DNA of 64,000 bases from Candidatus Micrarchaeia archaeon (GTDB lineage Archaea > Micrarchaeota > Micrarchaeia > CABMEP01), in assembly GCA_038886535.1 (NCBI GenBank), contig JAVZXS010000001.1, forward strand, positions 96,001 to 160,000, read 5' to 3'. Made by a program: the position numbers and the translations under genes. This document shows positions 38,781-49,323 of the stretch, in pieces. The number at the start of each line of letters is the position of its first letter. Position 1 is the first letter of the stretch. Under the pieces are notes generated by a model, which was given only the letters and a program-made list of their open reading frames with translations, was not told where the DNA came from and made no database searches.

Positions 38781-39128
38781 TTAACCATAAAGGTGCATTG
38801 GTGGTTGTGGTGGTTTTGGTTGATTTTCATTTTTCTTCTTATGATAAAATGATCTGTACTTGTCCCATGTTTTTTCTGCTGTTTTTCCTCTTAGTATCTT
38901 TACAACTAAATGTTTAGGTACGTTTATCTTTGCTGAGATTGGAGAATAATCTACAAGAACTACATCTTCTTCATTTATCTTATCAGATATCGCTGCTGAC
39001 ACATCACAAGTAAATAGATTATCATCCCACATCTCAACTAGTACTTGTACGTCCTTTCCGCTGCTTATTACATCTTTAGATTTTGATGTATAAACCGCAA
39101 CCACTTTTCCTGGATGGTATATAGTCAT
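38781..39128 (-). CDS. hypothetical protein
   Basis: 115-aa ORF with HPGKV, VEMWDDN and VLVDY motifs and a Pro-rich tail. Confidence 0.75.
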   Translation of the reverse strand: MTIYHPGKVVAVYTSKSKDVISSGKDVQVLVEMWDDNLFTCDVSAAISDKINEEDVVLVDYSPISAKINVPKHLVVKILRGKTAEKTWDKYRSFYHKKKNENQPKPPQPPMHLYG

Positions 39129-39141
39129 ATTATCATCTCAA

Positions 39142-39214
39142 TGGCCCCGCGGAGAATCGAACTCCGAATCTCCACTGTGTGAGAGTGGCGTCTTAACCAT
39201 TCGACTACAGGGCC
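39142..39214 (-). tRNA. tRNA-Val(CAC)
   Basis: Differs from tRNA-Val(GAC) at 16924 by 2 nt; anticodon CAC. Confidence 0.95.
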
Positions 39215-39288
39215 GAATAAATCTTTCAAAATAATATGTTATTATATTAATCAAATATCTTTTTAATATTTAACCACTGATTTATATT

Positions 39289-41100
39289 ATGGACATTATA
39301 AATTCAAAAATTTTAAAGAAAAAATATCTTCAATTCTTCAAAGAGAAAGGACATGCGATAATACCATCAGCATCTTTGATTCCAGAAAACGATCCAACCG
39401 TTCTTTTCACTACTGCTGGAATGCATCCTTTAGTACCTTATTTAATGGGGCAGCCGCATCCTTTAGGAAAAAGACTTGCAAATGTTCAGAAATGCATAAG
39501 AACTCAAGATATAGATGAAGTTGGAGATGATATACATACAACATTTTTTGAGATGCTTGGGAACTGGAGTTTAGGGGATTATTTTAAGAAAGAAGCAATA
39601 GAGATGAGCTATGAATTTTTGACATCATCTGATTGGCTAGGTCTTGATAAAAATAGGTTAGCAGTTACTTGTTTTGCAGGAGATAGTGATGCACCTAGAG
39701 ATGAGGAAGCAGCAAATATCTGGATGTCTTTAGGCGTTCCAAGGGAAAGAATTGCATTTCTTCCAAAGGAGAATAACTGGTGGGGTCCTGCAGGAAACAC
39801 AGGGCCATGTGGACCAGATACAGAAATGTTTTACTGGACGCCAAATGATATTCCAGCTCCAAAGGTTTTTGATCCGAATGACAAAAGGTGGGTTGAAATT
39901 TGGAATGACGTATTCATGCAGTATAACAAAACAAAAGAAGGCAAGTATGAACCACTCTCTCAAAAGAATGTAGATACAGGTTTAGGTGTAGAAAGAGTTA
40001 CAATGATATTACAAGGAAAGACAAATATATTTGAAATAGAGGTTTTCAAGCCAATTATAGATAAATTAAAGGAAATTTCCGGAAAAGAGGAATCAAAAGA
40101 AAACATAAAATCATTTAGAGTAATTGCAGATCATATTCGAGCTGCAACTTTCATTTTAGGGGATGAAAAAGGAATTACGCCTTCAAATGTAGATCAGGGA
40201 TATGTCTTAAGGAGATATATAAGAAGAATGGTAAGACATGGAAGGTTATTAGGAATTCAAGATAATTTCTGTAAAGAACTCGCAGAAGTTGTTATTCAGA
40301 TTTATAAAGATGATTATCCTGAGTTGTCAAAGAATAGGCAGTTTATATTTACAGAATTAGAGAAAGAAGAGAACAGATTCAAGGAAACATTGGAATCTGG
40401 AATGAAGTTATTCAACAAATATATCGCTGAAAAGAAGATGCTTACTGGAGTTGATGCATTCCTTCTCTTCCAGTCTCACGGTTTTCCAATAGAGATGACA
40501 AAAGAATTGATGCAGGAAAAGGGAATTAATATTCCACTAAATTTTGAAGAGGAATTTAAGTTAGAGTATCAAAGACATCAAGAACTTTCAAGAATGGCAA
40601 CAGAGAAAAAATTCAAAAGTGGACTTGCGGATACAAAAGAAGAAACAATCAAGCTTCATACAGCAACACATCTTTTGCACGCCGCATTAAGAAAGATTTT
40701 AGGGCCAGAAGTAAAACAGAAAGGAAGCAACATTACAGCAGAGAGGTTAAGGTTTGACTTTTCTTATCCTCAAAAACTTACACCAGAGCAGATAAAGCAG
40801 GTTGAGGATCTGGTTAATGAGGCAATTAAAAGAAAACTTCCAGTAATTCGTGAAGAGATGACGTTAGAGGAAGCAAAAGCAAAGGGAGCAATCGCACTTT
40901 TTGAAGGAAAGTATGGTGAAAGAGTTTCAGTTTATACCATCGGTGACTTTTCAAAAGAAGTTTGCACTGGACCTCACGTTTCAAATACTGCTGAACTCGG
41001 TCATTTCAAGATAATAAAAGAAGAATCAGTTTCTGCAGGAGTAAGAAGAATAAAAGCAGTTGTAGGCCCAGAGCCAGAACCTAAATATCTGAGCCACTGA
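39289..41100 (+). CDS. alaS: alanyl-tRNA synthetase (short form, no C-Ala domain)
   Basis: LFTTAGM, QKCIR, FFEMLGNWS, DTGLG.ER, HTATHLL, CTGPH, GVRRIKA. Confidence 0.96.
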   Translation: MDIINSKILKKKYLQFFKEKGHAIIPSASLIPENDPTVLFTTAGMHPLVPYLMGQPHPLGKRLANVQKCIRTQDIDEVGDDIHTTFFEMLGNWSLGDYFKKEAIEMSYEFLTSSDWLGLDKNRLAVTCFAGDSDAPRDEEAANIWMSLGVPRERIAFLPKENNWWGPAGNTGPCGPDTEMFYWTPNDIPAPKVFDPNDKRWVEIWNDVFMQYNKTKEGKYEPLSQKNVDTGLGVERVTMILQGKTNIFEIEVFKPIIDKLKEISGKEESKENIKSFRVIADHIRAATFILGDEKGITPSNVDQGYVLRRYIRRMVRHGRLLGIQDNFCKELAEVVIQIYKDDYPELSKNRQFIFTELEKEENRFKETLESGMKLFNKYIAEKKMLTGVDAFLLFQSHGFPIEMTKELMQEKGINIPLNFEEEFKLEYQRHQELSRMATEKKFKSGLADTKEETIKLHTATHLLHAALRKILGPEVKQKGSNITAERLRFDFSYPQKLTPEQIKQVEDLVNEAIKRKLPVIREEMTLEEAKAKGAIALFEGKYGERVSVYTIGDFSKEVCTGPHVSNTAELGHFKIIKEESVSAGVRRIKAVVGPEPEPKYLSH

Positions 41101-41113
41101 AATTTTTCAGTGG
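41094..41113. promoter_or_regulatory. inverted repeat CCACTGAA-ATTT-TTCAGTGG over the alaS stop, upstream of the cas6 BRE/TATA
   Basis: 8-bp arms; AAGAAAAG-ATTTATAA follows at about 41123-41138. Confidence 0.45.
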
Positions 41114-41155
41114 AAAACTACTAAGAAAAGATTTATAATCTTTCATTATTTTAAG

Positions 41156-41893
41156 TTGAACATGATTTATTCAAGATTAAAGATATATTTGAGAAAAGAG
41201 AATCCAATTTCAAATTCAATCATCTTTAATGATAGATACTTAATTTATTCTTTCATTCTTAATGCTATAAGAATGAAAAATCCTGATCTTAGTGATAAAA
41301 TACATTCAAATAAATTACCTCGGGCATTTGTTTTTTCTAATATAATTCCCTATAAATCATATCATATTTTGTATTTTACAACTCCTTATAAAGAAGTTTT
41401 TAATGCATTCTATTCTGGTTTAAACAGAAGTTCAAGATTAAATGATAGAAATAAGATGTTTAATTTTAATATAGTAAATACTATTTTAGAAAATTTTGAT
41501 ATAAGTTCATATAAACATTTTAACTTTTTATCTCCTTTTCTAATTCGAACAAAAGAGAAAGTTTTAGATGAGATTGATCTAAATTTTTTTGAAAAAAGTA
41601 TCTCTGAAGGAATAAAAAGAGTTAGTACTAAATTAAATATTGATGTAGAAGATACAAATGTAAAAATAAATGGTACTAAAGATGACTTTAGGAAGAAGCT
41701 GTATGTTTTTAAGAACTCAAAAAATGAAGATGTATATATAAGAGCATTTTCAGCAAAATCTCCTTCTGTTTCGATTTCATTTAATGACGATAAGGCTAAA
41801 GCAATCGCGCTATTTTATGGAATTGGAGATAGAACTAAACTTGGATTTGGTATGTTAGGGTTTAAAGGTGGATTAGGTGAAGGGTTACAGTAA
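41156..41893 (+). CDS. cas6: Cas6 crRNA endoribonuclease (divergent)
   Basis: FVFS, LSPFL, C-terminal GIGDRTKLGFG Gly-rich loop; first gene of the cas operon. Confidence 0.85.
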   Translation: MNMIYSRLKIYLRKENPISNSIIFNDRYLIYSFILNAIRMKNPDLSDKIHSNKLPRAFVFSNIIPYKSYHILYFTTPYKEVFNAFYSGLNRSSRLNDRNKMFNFNIVNTILENFDISSYKHFNFLSPFLIRTKEKVLDEIDLNFFEKSISEGIKRVSTKLNIDVEDTNVKINGTKDDFRKKLYVFKNSKNEDVYIRAFSAKSPSVSISFNDDKAKAIALFYGIGDRTKLGFGMLGFKGGLGEGLQ

Positions 41894-43430
41894 CTTTCAA
41901 ATTGCAATGGGTAGGGCTGTTGCAAAAATTATAATTCAAAGTTCAGATTTGAGTGAGCTAGATAATGAATTATATCGTTTTTCCGACGCAATAATTAAAT
42001 CAAATGACGACATTCCAACAATCGCAAATCAATTATGGGATAAATTATTTAAGGATCCAAGTGAATTTCCACTAATGAAAAAGTTATTTCATATTATTTT
42101 AAGGACAAATGCAGCTATAGAGAACATTCCATCTAACCAAAATGTGAGAGACTATATTTCTAAAATTTTAGCCATTTCTGATGAAGAAATGAGAAAAATA
42201 GAGAAGCAATTAAAAGAAGCTAAGAATAAAAAGAAACCCTCATTAAAATCGCTGATTGATTTTCTTCATGGTGAAAGAAAAGCAAAGATTTTATTCTCTT
42301 ATTTTGTTTGTTTATTAAAAGGGAATCAAAATGGTAAAAAAAAGAATCAAAATGGTGATACAAAATGCTACAATTGTGGAATGCAAGGAAGAAACTATTC
42401 TTTATCAAATCTAACTCTTTCTAATAAAAGCGATTACATTTTTGAATTTCAAAGATATACCATATGTTTTAGATGTTTAATATATACAATTCTATCAAAT
42501 CTTTATCCAGTTCCAAATAAAAATATTCATCCATTTACAAATAAAAATTCTACCAAAAAATCTAAAAAAATTTATTATAGTTTAATATCGGATGAAGAAG
42601 ACATAACTCCATCTTTCATATTTTATGAAAATCAATTTGATAGATTTTTAAAATATGTTTATCTTAATGATAACTTTTCTAGAATTTATATTATGTTTTT
42701 CCAAGAAGGTTCTCGATCTGGGAATAATATACCTATTTCTATTTCTCAGTTTAATATAGTTCCAAAATTAATTAAGATGCTGGAAGAAAAAGAAAAAGGA
42801 AAAAAAGAAGAAAGAAGTTCGGTTCTAGATTTCAAAAAAATATTTTTCAACGAATTAATGGATTTACCAATTTATTTCGTTTCATTTGGTGACTTCATTC
42901 AAACTTCATATCTGAATAAAGGATTAATAATATCTTTTATCAATATGTATAGAACTAATTTTTCTAAAAAACATAAAGAATCCTTTTCTTCTCTTTATAA
43001 ATTTACAAAATTTGTAAAAGAATACTTAGAGGTGAATGAAATGGAAAATAATTTTATGGTAGAAAAAAAATCTTCAAGTGAAAACGATAGAAACTCAAAA
43101 TTAGAAGCATTGAAAAAGGGAATGTCTTTTGGTTATAGAATAAAAGAATCTGATATTTATAAAGAAGATGAGGAGCGTTCAGAAAAGTATATCGTTTCTT
43201 CTAGTGCAGTTATGGAGCTTAGTGGAAAAGAATTTATAAGAACAATTATAGAGATAACTAGGAATTATGGATTAGAGATTGTACAAAATATGAATGAATA
43301 TATTGAAAAAATAGCAGATGATGAAGAACTAAGACTTTATTTTATTTTAGGGATGCTAAGTCGCATAGGTAGAAATAAAAAGGAGTCTGTTCAAAGTGAA
43401 GGTGAAAAAGTAGAAGGTAATATTAATTGA
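41877..43430 (+). CDS. cas8: Cas8-like large subunit (CxxC-CxxC type, I-B-like)
   Basis: CYNC...CFRC; lies between cas6 and cas7; helical C-terminus ending YFILGML. Confidence 0.7.
   Translation: MKGYSNFQIAMGRAVAKIIIQSSDLSELDNELYRFSDAIIKSNDDIPTIANQLWDKLFKDPSEFPLMKKLFHIILRTNAAIENIPSNQNVRDYISKILAISDEEMRKIEKQLKEAKNKKKPSLKSLIDFLHGERKAKILFSYFVCLLKGNQNGKKKNQNGDTKCYNCGMQGRNYSLSNLTLSNKSDYIFEFQRYTICFRCLIYTILSNLYPVPNKNIHPFTNKNSTKKSKKIYYSLISDEEDITPSFIFYENQFDRFLKYVYLNDNFSRIYIMFFQEGSRSGNNIPISISQFNIVPKLIKMLEEKEKGKKEERSSVLDFKKIFFNELMDLPIYFVSFGDFIQTSYLNKGLIISFINMYRTNFSKKHKESFSSLYKFTKFVKEYLEVNEMENNFMVEKKSSSENDRNSKLEALKKGMSFGYRIKESDIYKEDEERSEKYIVSSSAVMELSGKEFIRTIIEITRNYGLEIVQNMNEYIEKIADDEELRLYFILGMLSRIGRNKKESVQSEGEKVEGNIN
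43041..43430 (+). CDS. putative Cas11 small subunit, internally translated from cas8 (129 aa)
   Basis: In-frame ATG 43041 preceded by GAGGTGA at 43029-43035. Confidence 0.6.
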   Translation: MENNFMVEKKSSSENDRNSKLEALKKGMSFGYRIKESDIYKEDEERSEKYIVSSSAVMELSGKEFIRTIIEITRNYGLEIVQNMNEYIEKIADDEELRLYFILGMLSRIGRNKKESVQSEGEKVEGNIN

Positions 43431-43439
43431 GGTGGTATT

Positions 43440-44420
43440 ATGGATATAAATAATAAAGATAAAAATGAAGAAGCTAAGAAATTAAAAGAGTTTGTTTTGT
43501 TTAGCGAAGAAATGAAGAAAATAAGTGAGAAATATGGTTTTAGTCATGGAAAAAGAGTAACTTTAACAGCTATTTATTACTCTTTCCCATCAAATCAAAA
43601 TGCAAGTGGTTCAACAGGAACTAATGTAATCTCTCAAAAGATTATACCTTGGGGAGAAGAAGCCGAACCTCGTATTTATATAAGTCCTTACGCTATTAAA
43701 AGAAGGATAAGAGATTATTGGATTAAAAAGAAACTGCCTTGCGTAATGGCAGAGAATACGGTATACGCAAAATCAAATTCAGATGATGCTAAAAAAGATA
43801 TCAAAAAAGCTATTAAAAAATATATAGATGTTGACTTATTCGGTTTCATGTATGAGGAAAAGATAAATAGACCTGGTCCCATAACGACGTGGGGAGCAGT
43901 ATCATTAGAACCGGTTCATCAGTTTATAGACTTTAATAGTTGTATTTTGAATGTTAAGGATGAAAGTAGCGGAGGAGGCTCTTTAATAAACAGATCGATT
44001 TCAAAAGAATTCTATTTTACATCATTTTATATAAACCCTGATCTTATATTATATTCAAACGATGAATATGTGGGAGATAACAAGGAAGAAAGATTAAATC
44101 GTTTAGAAAACTTCCTTGAAGCAGTTGACTATGCCCTTCAAAAAGATTCAGGTGGTGCAAGAGATAGACCTACATGCATATTTAAATTATTAGAAATAAA
44201 TGATTTTGGATACGGCGATTCAGATAAGAAGATTTTCAAGTGTATCAGTGTAGCGAATGATAAATTAAAGTTTGCAGAAATCCCAACATTCAAATCAAAT
44301 AAAACTTATTACTATGCAGATAAACTATTCTTTGATGAAACTGAAGAGAAATTAAGTAAATTAGGACAAAAATGGAAAATAAAAGAGATAGCAGAGGAAA
44401 TAGTTTACAGCAAAAATTAA
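43440..44420 (+). CDS. cas7: Cas7 (Cst2/DevR-like)
   Basis: YISPYAIKRRIRD, DLFGFM, INRPGP. Confidence 0.85.
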   Translation: MDINNKDKNEEAKKLKEFVLFSEEMKKISEKYGFSHGKRVTLTAIYYSFPSNQNASGSTGTNVISQKIIPWGEEAEPRIYISPYAIKRRIRDYWIKKKLPCVMAENTVYAKSNSDDAKKDIKKAIKKYIDVDLFGFMYEEKINRPGPITTWGAVSLEPVHQFIDFNSCILNVKDESSGGGSLINRSISKEFYFTSFYINPDLILYSNDEYVGDNKEERLNRLENFLEAVDYALQKDSGGARDRPTCIFKLLEINDFGYGDSDKKIFKCISVANDKLKFAEIPTFKSNKTYYYADKLFFDETEEKLSKLGQKWKIKEIAEEIVYSKN

Positions 44421-44431
44421 AAGGTGTTATA

Positions 44432-45199
44432 ATGCAAAATTTAGATCTTTCTAAATTTTGGTTTTATAGATTAAGTGTTGAAGGTTGGCTCGCCCATTTT
44501 AGGCAGCCAACTACAGTTTCAAGTAGATTAACTTTTATTTTACCTCCAAAATCAACTGCCATCGGTATGTTACTTGCTAAAGTTGGTTTATACAAAAGAA
44601 TTGATAAAAATATATTACTATTCAAAAATAAAAAATTAAGAGAATTATTTGACAATACATTCATAGCAATTTCACTAAAAAGAGGAATTGTAAAATATAT
44701 GGATTATTTAAATTATATATCAAAAAAAGATAAACGTAAACCAACTAATATAGAGTATATTGTAAATCCATCCTATGAGATTATATATTTTCTACCTAAA
44801 GATGATCTGATATTAGGAGAAAAAAATAAAGAAATAATCATAAATAAAGAAATTTTTAAAGTTTATTTAGGCTACAATGAATGTCCAGCTACTATTAATT
44901 TATCTGAAGAAATAAATAGCAATCAAATTAATTTTAGTAATAGGCAGGATATTACTACTGACTTCATTTTACCTCTTGATGTTGTTGATTCATCAAGTAT
45001 CGATAGAAGTAAACTTAGCGAATTGTTAAGATCATCTATACTTATTAGTACCCCTCAAAATGTGAAAGAAGTTGAGGATACAATGAAAGAAAAAGAAGTT
45101 TTGGTTCCATTAAGAAAAATGGAATTTAGATTAAATAATAATATTCCTGTTTTCGAAATGAAGTTGAATGGAAATATTAATCAATTCTTGGTGATTTGA
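44432..45199 (+). CDS. cas5: Cas5
   Basis: AHFRQP.....RLTF.LPPKSTAIGML, YIVNPSY, YLG; start at ATG 44432 after AGGTG. Confidence 0.9.
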   Translation: MQNLDLSKFWFYRLSVEGWLAHFRQPTTVSSRLTFILPPKSTAIGMLLAKVGLYKRIDKNILLFKNKKLRELFDNTFIAISLKRGIVKYMDYLNYISKKDKRKPTNIEYIVNPSYEIIYFLPKDDLILGEKNKEIIINKEIFKVYLGYNECPATINLSEEINSNQINFSNRQDITTDFILPLDVVDSSSIDRSKLSELLRSSILISTPQNVKEVEDTMKEKEVLVPLRKMEFRLNNNIPVFEMKLNGNINQFLVI

Positions 45200-47586
45200 T
45201 GCAGCATGATAAGTTATTAGCTAGACCTAATCAAGAGCTTATAAATCATTTGATGGAAATAAAGAATAAAATTCCAAAAAATGTTTCAGAATTAGAAAAG
45301 ATGGTTTTTATATTGCATGATATTGGCAAGGTTTCAGATAAATTTCAGAAGAAATTAGAAAAGAATGAGAATGTTAGATTCAGACATACTTTAGCTTCTT
45401 TACCAATTATTGAGTATATTATAAATGAATATAAAACAGTAAATCCAGAATCAAATTACCAAGATACCGATATTTATCTGATTTTAGTTTATTACCATCA
45501 TGGACAAATATCTTTTGATATGTTACAAAATGATTTGGTTCATTTTTCCATTCAAAAAAATGATGAAAATAACATCAATATAATAGAAAAGGATGAGCTA
45601 ATGAGAGTTAAGCAAATACTTAAAGATCTTAATTATGGAGAATATTTCGATGAAGAAAAATTTATACATTACTATTTAAATTCAAATGGTTCAGATTATA
45701 ATCGCCTTTATAATGAAAAATTAAAAGAGATTTTAAAACGAATATATAATAAATTTAAAATAGTTTCACCTGAGGTCAAAAAGAAATTTGCTTTGCTTTA
45801 TTCTATTTTCGTAGAATTAGATTGGTATTCTACTTCCGATAGCAATAATGAAATTTTACCAGATTGGAATGGGATTGAATTTTCTTTCAAAAAGAAATTT
45901 AAAGAAAGAAAGGAAGGAAGAGTAGATAGGGATTTGGAAGTTGAAAATATTAGAAATAAAATTAAAGATCTATTAATTAAAAATATAGATGAAGGTAGAA
46001 TTTTTATATGTGCACCGACCGGAATAGGTAAGACCGAATTGTCTTTAGAATGGGCATTGAATAATGCCAAAAAACTGAATGCAAGAAAAATAATATATGT
46101 ATTACCTTACCGAAATTTAATAAACGACTTGTATAAACGTTTTACTTTTTATTTCGGAGACGAAAACGTTGATAAATGGGATTCAAATTGGATAACTGAT
46201 AAAACAATTGATTATGCAAGTGAACTAAGTGATATTGAAAAATTTAATTTCTATCTAAATGCGAGAAAGTATTTTATGGAGAAACCAATAATAATAACTA
46301 CAGCAGATCAAATACTGATGTCGTTCTTAAATTTAGAGAGATATCCTATAAGATATGGTATGTTAATGAATTCAGTAATCGTTTTTGATGAAATACAGGC
46401 TTATGGAGTGGACATGAGGAATTTAATGTATAAATTAATAAGTGAAATAGCAAATATCAAAGATATAAATGGTGAATATACTTGTAAATTGGCAATAACT
46501 ACTGCTACACCTCCTTTTGAAATTTCAATTTCTGAATTTAAAGATTATATAGATATTGATGGTATTTCATTTAAACTTTTGTACGATAAATATTGGTGGT
46601 CTTTTCATAAAAAACGCGATGCAAATGTTTTAATAATTGAGATTGATAAAAATTCTCAAATTGTAGATATAATAAAACAGAAAGTAAATGAATCAAAAAA
46701 TGAGGAAAATTATAGAATTTGTATAATTGTCAATACAATAGCAGATGCTGTTGGTTTATATAGACTACTAGAAAAAAATAATGTTAAAGATGTTATTAAA
46801 GAAAATTATGAAATAGCATTAATACATAGTTCATTAATTAATGAGCATAAACAAAAGGAATTAGATAAAATAAATAAGAGTAAGAAGTTAATAGCCATTT
46901 CAACGCAAGTATTAGAAGCAGGCATTGATATTTCTTTTGACTGTATAATAAGATTGATTTCACCAATTCCTTCTTTAGTTCAATCGGCAGGGAGAGTTAA
47001 TAGAGATGGAAAAAGCCGTAATGCAGAATTTATAATATTGATACCAACTGAAGAAATTTTAAATAATGAAAAACGTAAAAAAAGCAATATAAATTTTTAT
47101 GGTCCGTATGATATAGAAGAAATTAAAAAAGTAATCGAATTATTAAAAGAAAATAAAGGAAATTTGATTAAAAAGAGTAAATTCAGTGAAGAATTTATAA
47201 AAAAAGAAATCGATACATTAAAATTTGAATATTCTGAAAGTAAAGAATATATAGATTTTCTTAATAATCTTGTTGCTTATAACATTTGGTCTGTATCATC
47301 GTTAAGTTCAATCTTGCCTCAAGGCTTTAGAGACTCTTTAGGTAAAGTAGAAGTTTTTGTAGAAGATGAATCAAATAAAAAGAAAGACATGGAGGATAAG
47401 CTTAAAAATTATATAAAATTATCAAAAGAGAATGATTATTCAGAATATATAAGGAAGTATCTTCAATTATTAAGAGAATATCAAAGTAGATTTATTCTAA
47501 CTTATTTAGATTCTAAGATAGATACTATCTCTATAAAGAAATATAAAGAGAATTTTTATCCTCAACATGAAAATTCTGATAAATGA
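45196..47586 (+). CDS. cas3: Cas3 (HD nuclease plus SF2 helicase)
   Basis: HL..., HDIGK, YHHG, APTGIGKT, FDEIQ, TAT, STQVLEAGIDI, QSAGRVNR. Confidence 0.93.
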   Translation: MMQHDKLLARPNQELINHLMEIKNKIPKNVSELEKMVFILHDIGKVSDKFQKKLEKNENVRFRHTLASLPIIEYIINEYKTVNPESNYQDTDIYLILVYYHHGQISFDMLQNDLVHFSIQKNDENNINIIEKDELMRVKQILKDLNYGEYFDEEKFIHYYLNSNGSDYNRLYNEKLKEILKRIYNKFKIVSPEVKKKFALLYSIFVELDWYSTSDSNNEILPDWNGIEFSFKKKFKERKEGRVDRDLEVENIRNKIKDLLIKNIDEGRIFICAPTGIGKTELSLEWALNNAKKLNARKIIYVLPYRNLINDLYKRFTFYFGDENVDKWDSNWITDKTIDYASELSDIEKFNFYLNARKYFMEKPIIITTADQILMSFLNLERYPIRYGMLMNSVIVFDEIQAYGVDMRNLMYKLISEIANIKDINGEYTCKLAITTATPPFEISISEFKDYIDIDGISFKLLYDKYWWSFHKKRDANVLIIEIDKNSQIVDIIKQKVNESKNEENYRICIIVNTIADAVGLYRLLEKNNVKDVIKENYEIALIHSSLINEHKQKELDKINKSKKLIAISTQVLEAGIDISFDCIIRLISPIPSLVQSAGRVNRDGKSRNAEFIILIPTEEILNNEKRKKSNINFYGPYDIEEIKKVIELLKENKGNLIKKSKFSEEFIKKEIDTLKFEYSESKEYIDFLNNLVAYNIWSVSSLSSILPQGFRDSLGKVEVFVEDESNKKKDMEDKLKNYIKLSKENDYSEYIRKYLQLLREYQSRFILTYLDSKIDTISIKKYKENFYPQHENSDK

Positions 47587-48115
47587 TAGTATGATGAAAC
47601 ATGAAATTAAATACGATGATGTAAGTGGAACTGAATTTAATTATTTTTTCGTTTGTAAAACACAACTATGGTATCTTTCTCACTCATTAATAAAGTCAGA
47701 TGAAGATGAAAATGTAAAGATTGGGAGATTAGTTCATGAAATCAAGTATAAATCAGAGAGGAAAGAAAGGCCTCTATTTAGGTCTAAATTTGATGTAGTC
47801 AAGTTAAATAACAGATATGTAATATACGAATATAAAAAAAGCGCTATTAAAGATTCACACATAAAGCAATTAAAATTTTATCTCTATTCCTTAAAGAAGC
47901 AAACAGATGCAGAAGTTCAAGGTATCTTGATCTCACCAGGAAAACGTATTTTTGTTTCTCTTTCAAGTGAAGACTTTAATGAGATAGATTCTACTATAAA
48001 TGAAATCCACCAAATTAAAAAGTCTAAGTTTCCACCAAAACCAGTCAAAATACCTACTTGCAAAAAGTGCGGTTATAGATCATTCTGTTGGGGTGACACT
48101 TATGAGTTTGGATAA
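47567..48115 (+). CDS. cas4: Cas4
   Basis: C.TQLW, IGRLVHE, D..EYKKS, QL.FYL, CKKCGYRSFC. Confidence 0.93.
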   Translation: MKILINDSMMKHEIKYDDVSGTEFNYFFVCKTQLWYLSHSLIKSDEDENVKIGRLVHEIKYKSERKERPLFRSKFDVVKLNNRYVIYEYKKSAIKDSHIKQLKFYLYSLKKQTDAEVQGILISPGKRIFVSLSSEDFNEIDSTINEIHQIKKSKFPPKPVKIPTCKKCGYRSFCWGDTYEFG

Positions 48116-49058
48116 TTATTACATTGTTGATGATGGGAAAATTTTGATGAAAAATACAACTGTTTATTTCATTAATAAAGAAAGAAAAGTTGATATACCA
48201 ATTGAAAATATATACTCTCTTTATTTTATTGGTTCTGGTTCTATTTCTACAAAAGTTCTAAAAGAATTTCAAAAAAGGAAAATAATAGTTAATTTCTTTG
48301 GAAAAAGAGGAGATTATATCGGTTCTTTCTACCCCAAAGAACATTATATCTCTGGTGATCTAGTAGTAAGACAGGTTAAAAGATATCTTGATGACAAAAG
48401 TAGATTAAAGTTTGCTTCTAAATTTGTGGAAGGCGCTATTAATAATATTGATTGGATTTGTAGGAGATTTAATTTAGGTGAAATAAATAAACCAGATATA
48501 TCGTCTTCAGATACTATAGAATCATTAATGCAAAAAGAAGGATTAGTAAGAAAGAAGTTTTACTCATTAATTGATGAAAGACTAGATGATTCATTTAAAA
48601 TAACCAGAAGAGAAATAAACCCACCTTCAAATAGAGGAAATGCAATCATAAGTTTTCTTAATTCTATGGTCTATTCAACAGTTTTATCTGAACTATATCA
48701 TACACATCTAAATCCAGCTATATCTTTTTTACATGAACCTTTTGAAAGGCGTTTTTCACTATCGTTAGATGTGAGTGAAATATTCAAACCTTTACTCTCA
48801 GAAAGACTTCTAATAAAGATGGTTAACTTGAAAATGTTAGATCCTATTTTAGATTTCGAGTCGAATGATGGTGTATTTTTAAGTAAAATCGGTATTAAAA
48901 AAATAATTAAGGAATTCGATGATGAAATTAAGAAATCGGTTAAAGGTAAAAGTAATAGATTATTTTCAATACGTGAATTAATTAGACTAGAGCTATATAA
49001 GATAGAGAAAGATCTTTTAGACATTTCTGAATATAAACCTTTGAAGGCCTGGTGGTAA
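48102..49058 (+). CDS. cas1: Cas1 (type I-B)
   Basis: GSFYPKE, EG..RK.FY, PPSN..NA.ISF.N, ISFLHEP..RRFSLSLDVSEIFKP, terminal WW; GGGGTGA RBS before ATG 48102. Confidence 0.95.
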   Translation: MSLDNYYIVDDGKILMKNTTVYFINKERKVDIPIENIYSLYFIGSGSISTKVLKEFQKRKIIVNFFGKRGDYIGSFYPKEHYISGDLVVRQVKRYLDDKSRLKFASKFVEGAINNIDWICRRFNLGEINKPDISSSDTIESLMQKEGLVRKKFYSLIDERLDDSFKITRREINPPSNRGNAIISFLNSMVYSTVLSELYHTHLNPAISFLHEPFERRFSLSLDVSEIFKPLLSERLLIKMVNLKMLDPILDFESNDGVFLSKIGIKKIIKEFDDEIKKSVKGKSNRLFSIRELIRLELYKIEKDLLDISEYKPLKAWW

Positions 49059-49059
49059 A

Positions 49060-49323
49060 ATGTATGTAATTGTTGTTTATGATATAACAGAAGTAAAAAA
49101 GCAACTTAAAATAAGAAATTTTTTGAGGAGATTTCTAAATCACATTCAATTTTCAGTTTTTCATGGAAATTTAAATCCTTCACAATTGAAAGAAATTGAA
49201 TTATTTCTAAAGGATTTCGATTATGAGGGAAATGATTCAGTAGTGGTTTTCATTGTTCCAATATACTCAAATATTAGAAATTTAGTTTTTGGCAGAAATA
49301 TAGAAAAATCTAATATTATCTAA
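49060..49323 (+). CDS. cas2: Cas2
   Basis: MYVIVVYDI...IQFSVF.G.L...DSVVVF. Confidence 0.95.
   Translation: MYVIVVYDITEVKKQLKIRNFLRRFLNHIQFSVFHGNLNPSQLKEIELFLKDFDYEGNDSVVVFIVPIYSNIRNLVFGRNIEKSNII

Noticed and set aside
16924..39214. 73-bp near-perfect inverted repeat 22 kb apart, considered as possible element ends
   Set aside because: These are two tRNA-Val isoacceptors; no integrase or transposase is in the window.
41880..41900. CreTA-like RNA element between cas6 and cas8
   Set aside because: The genes overlap, leaving no intergenic space or degenerate repeats.
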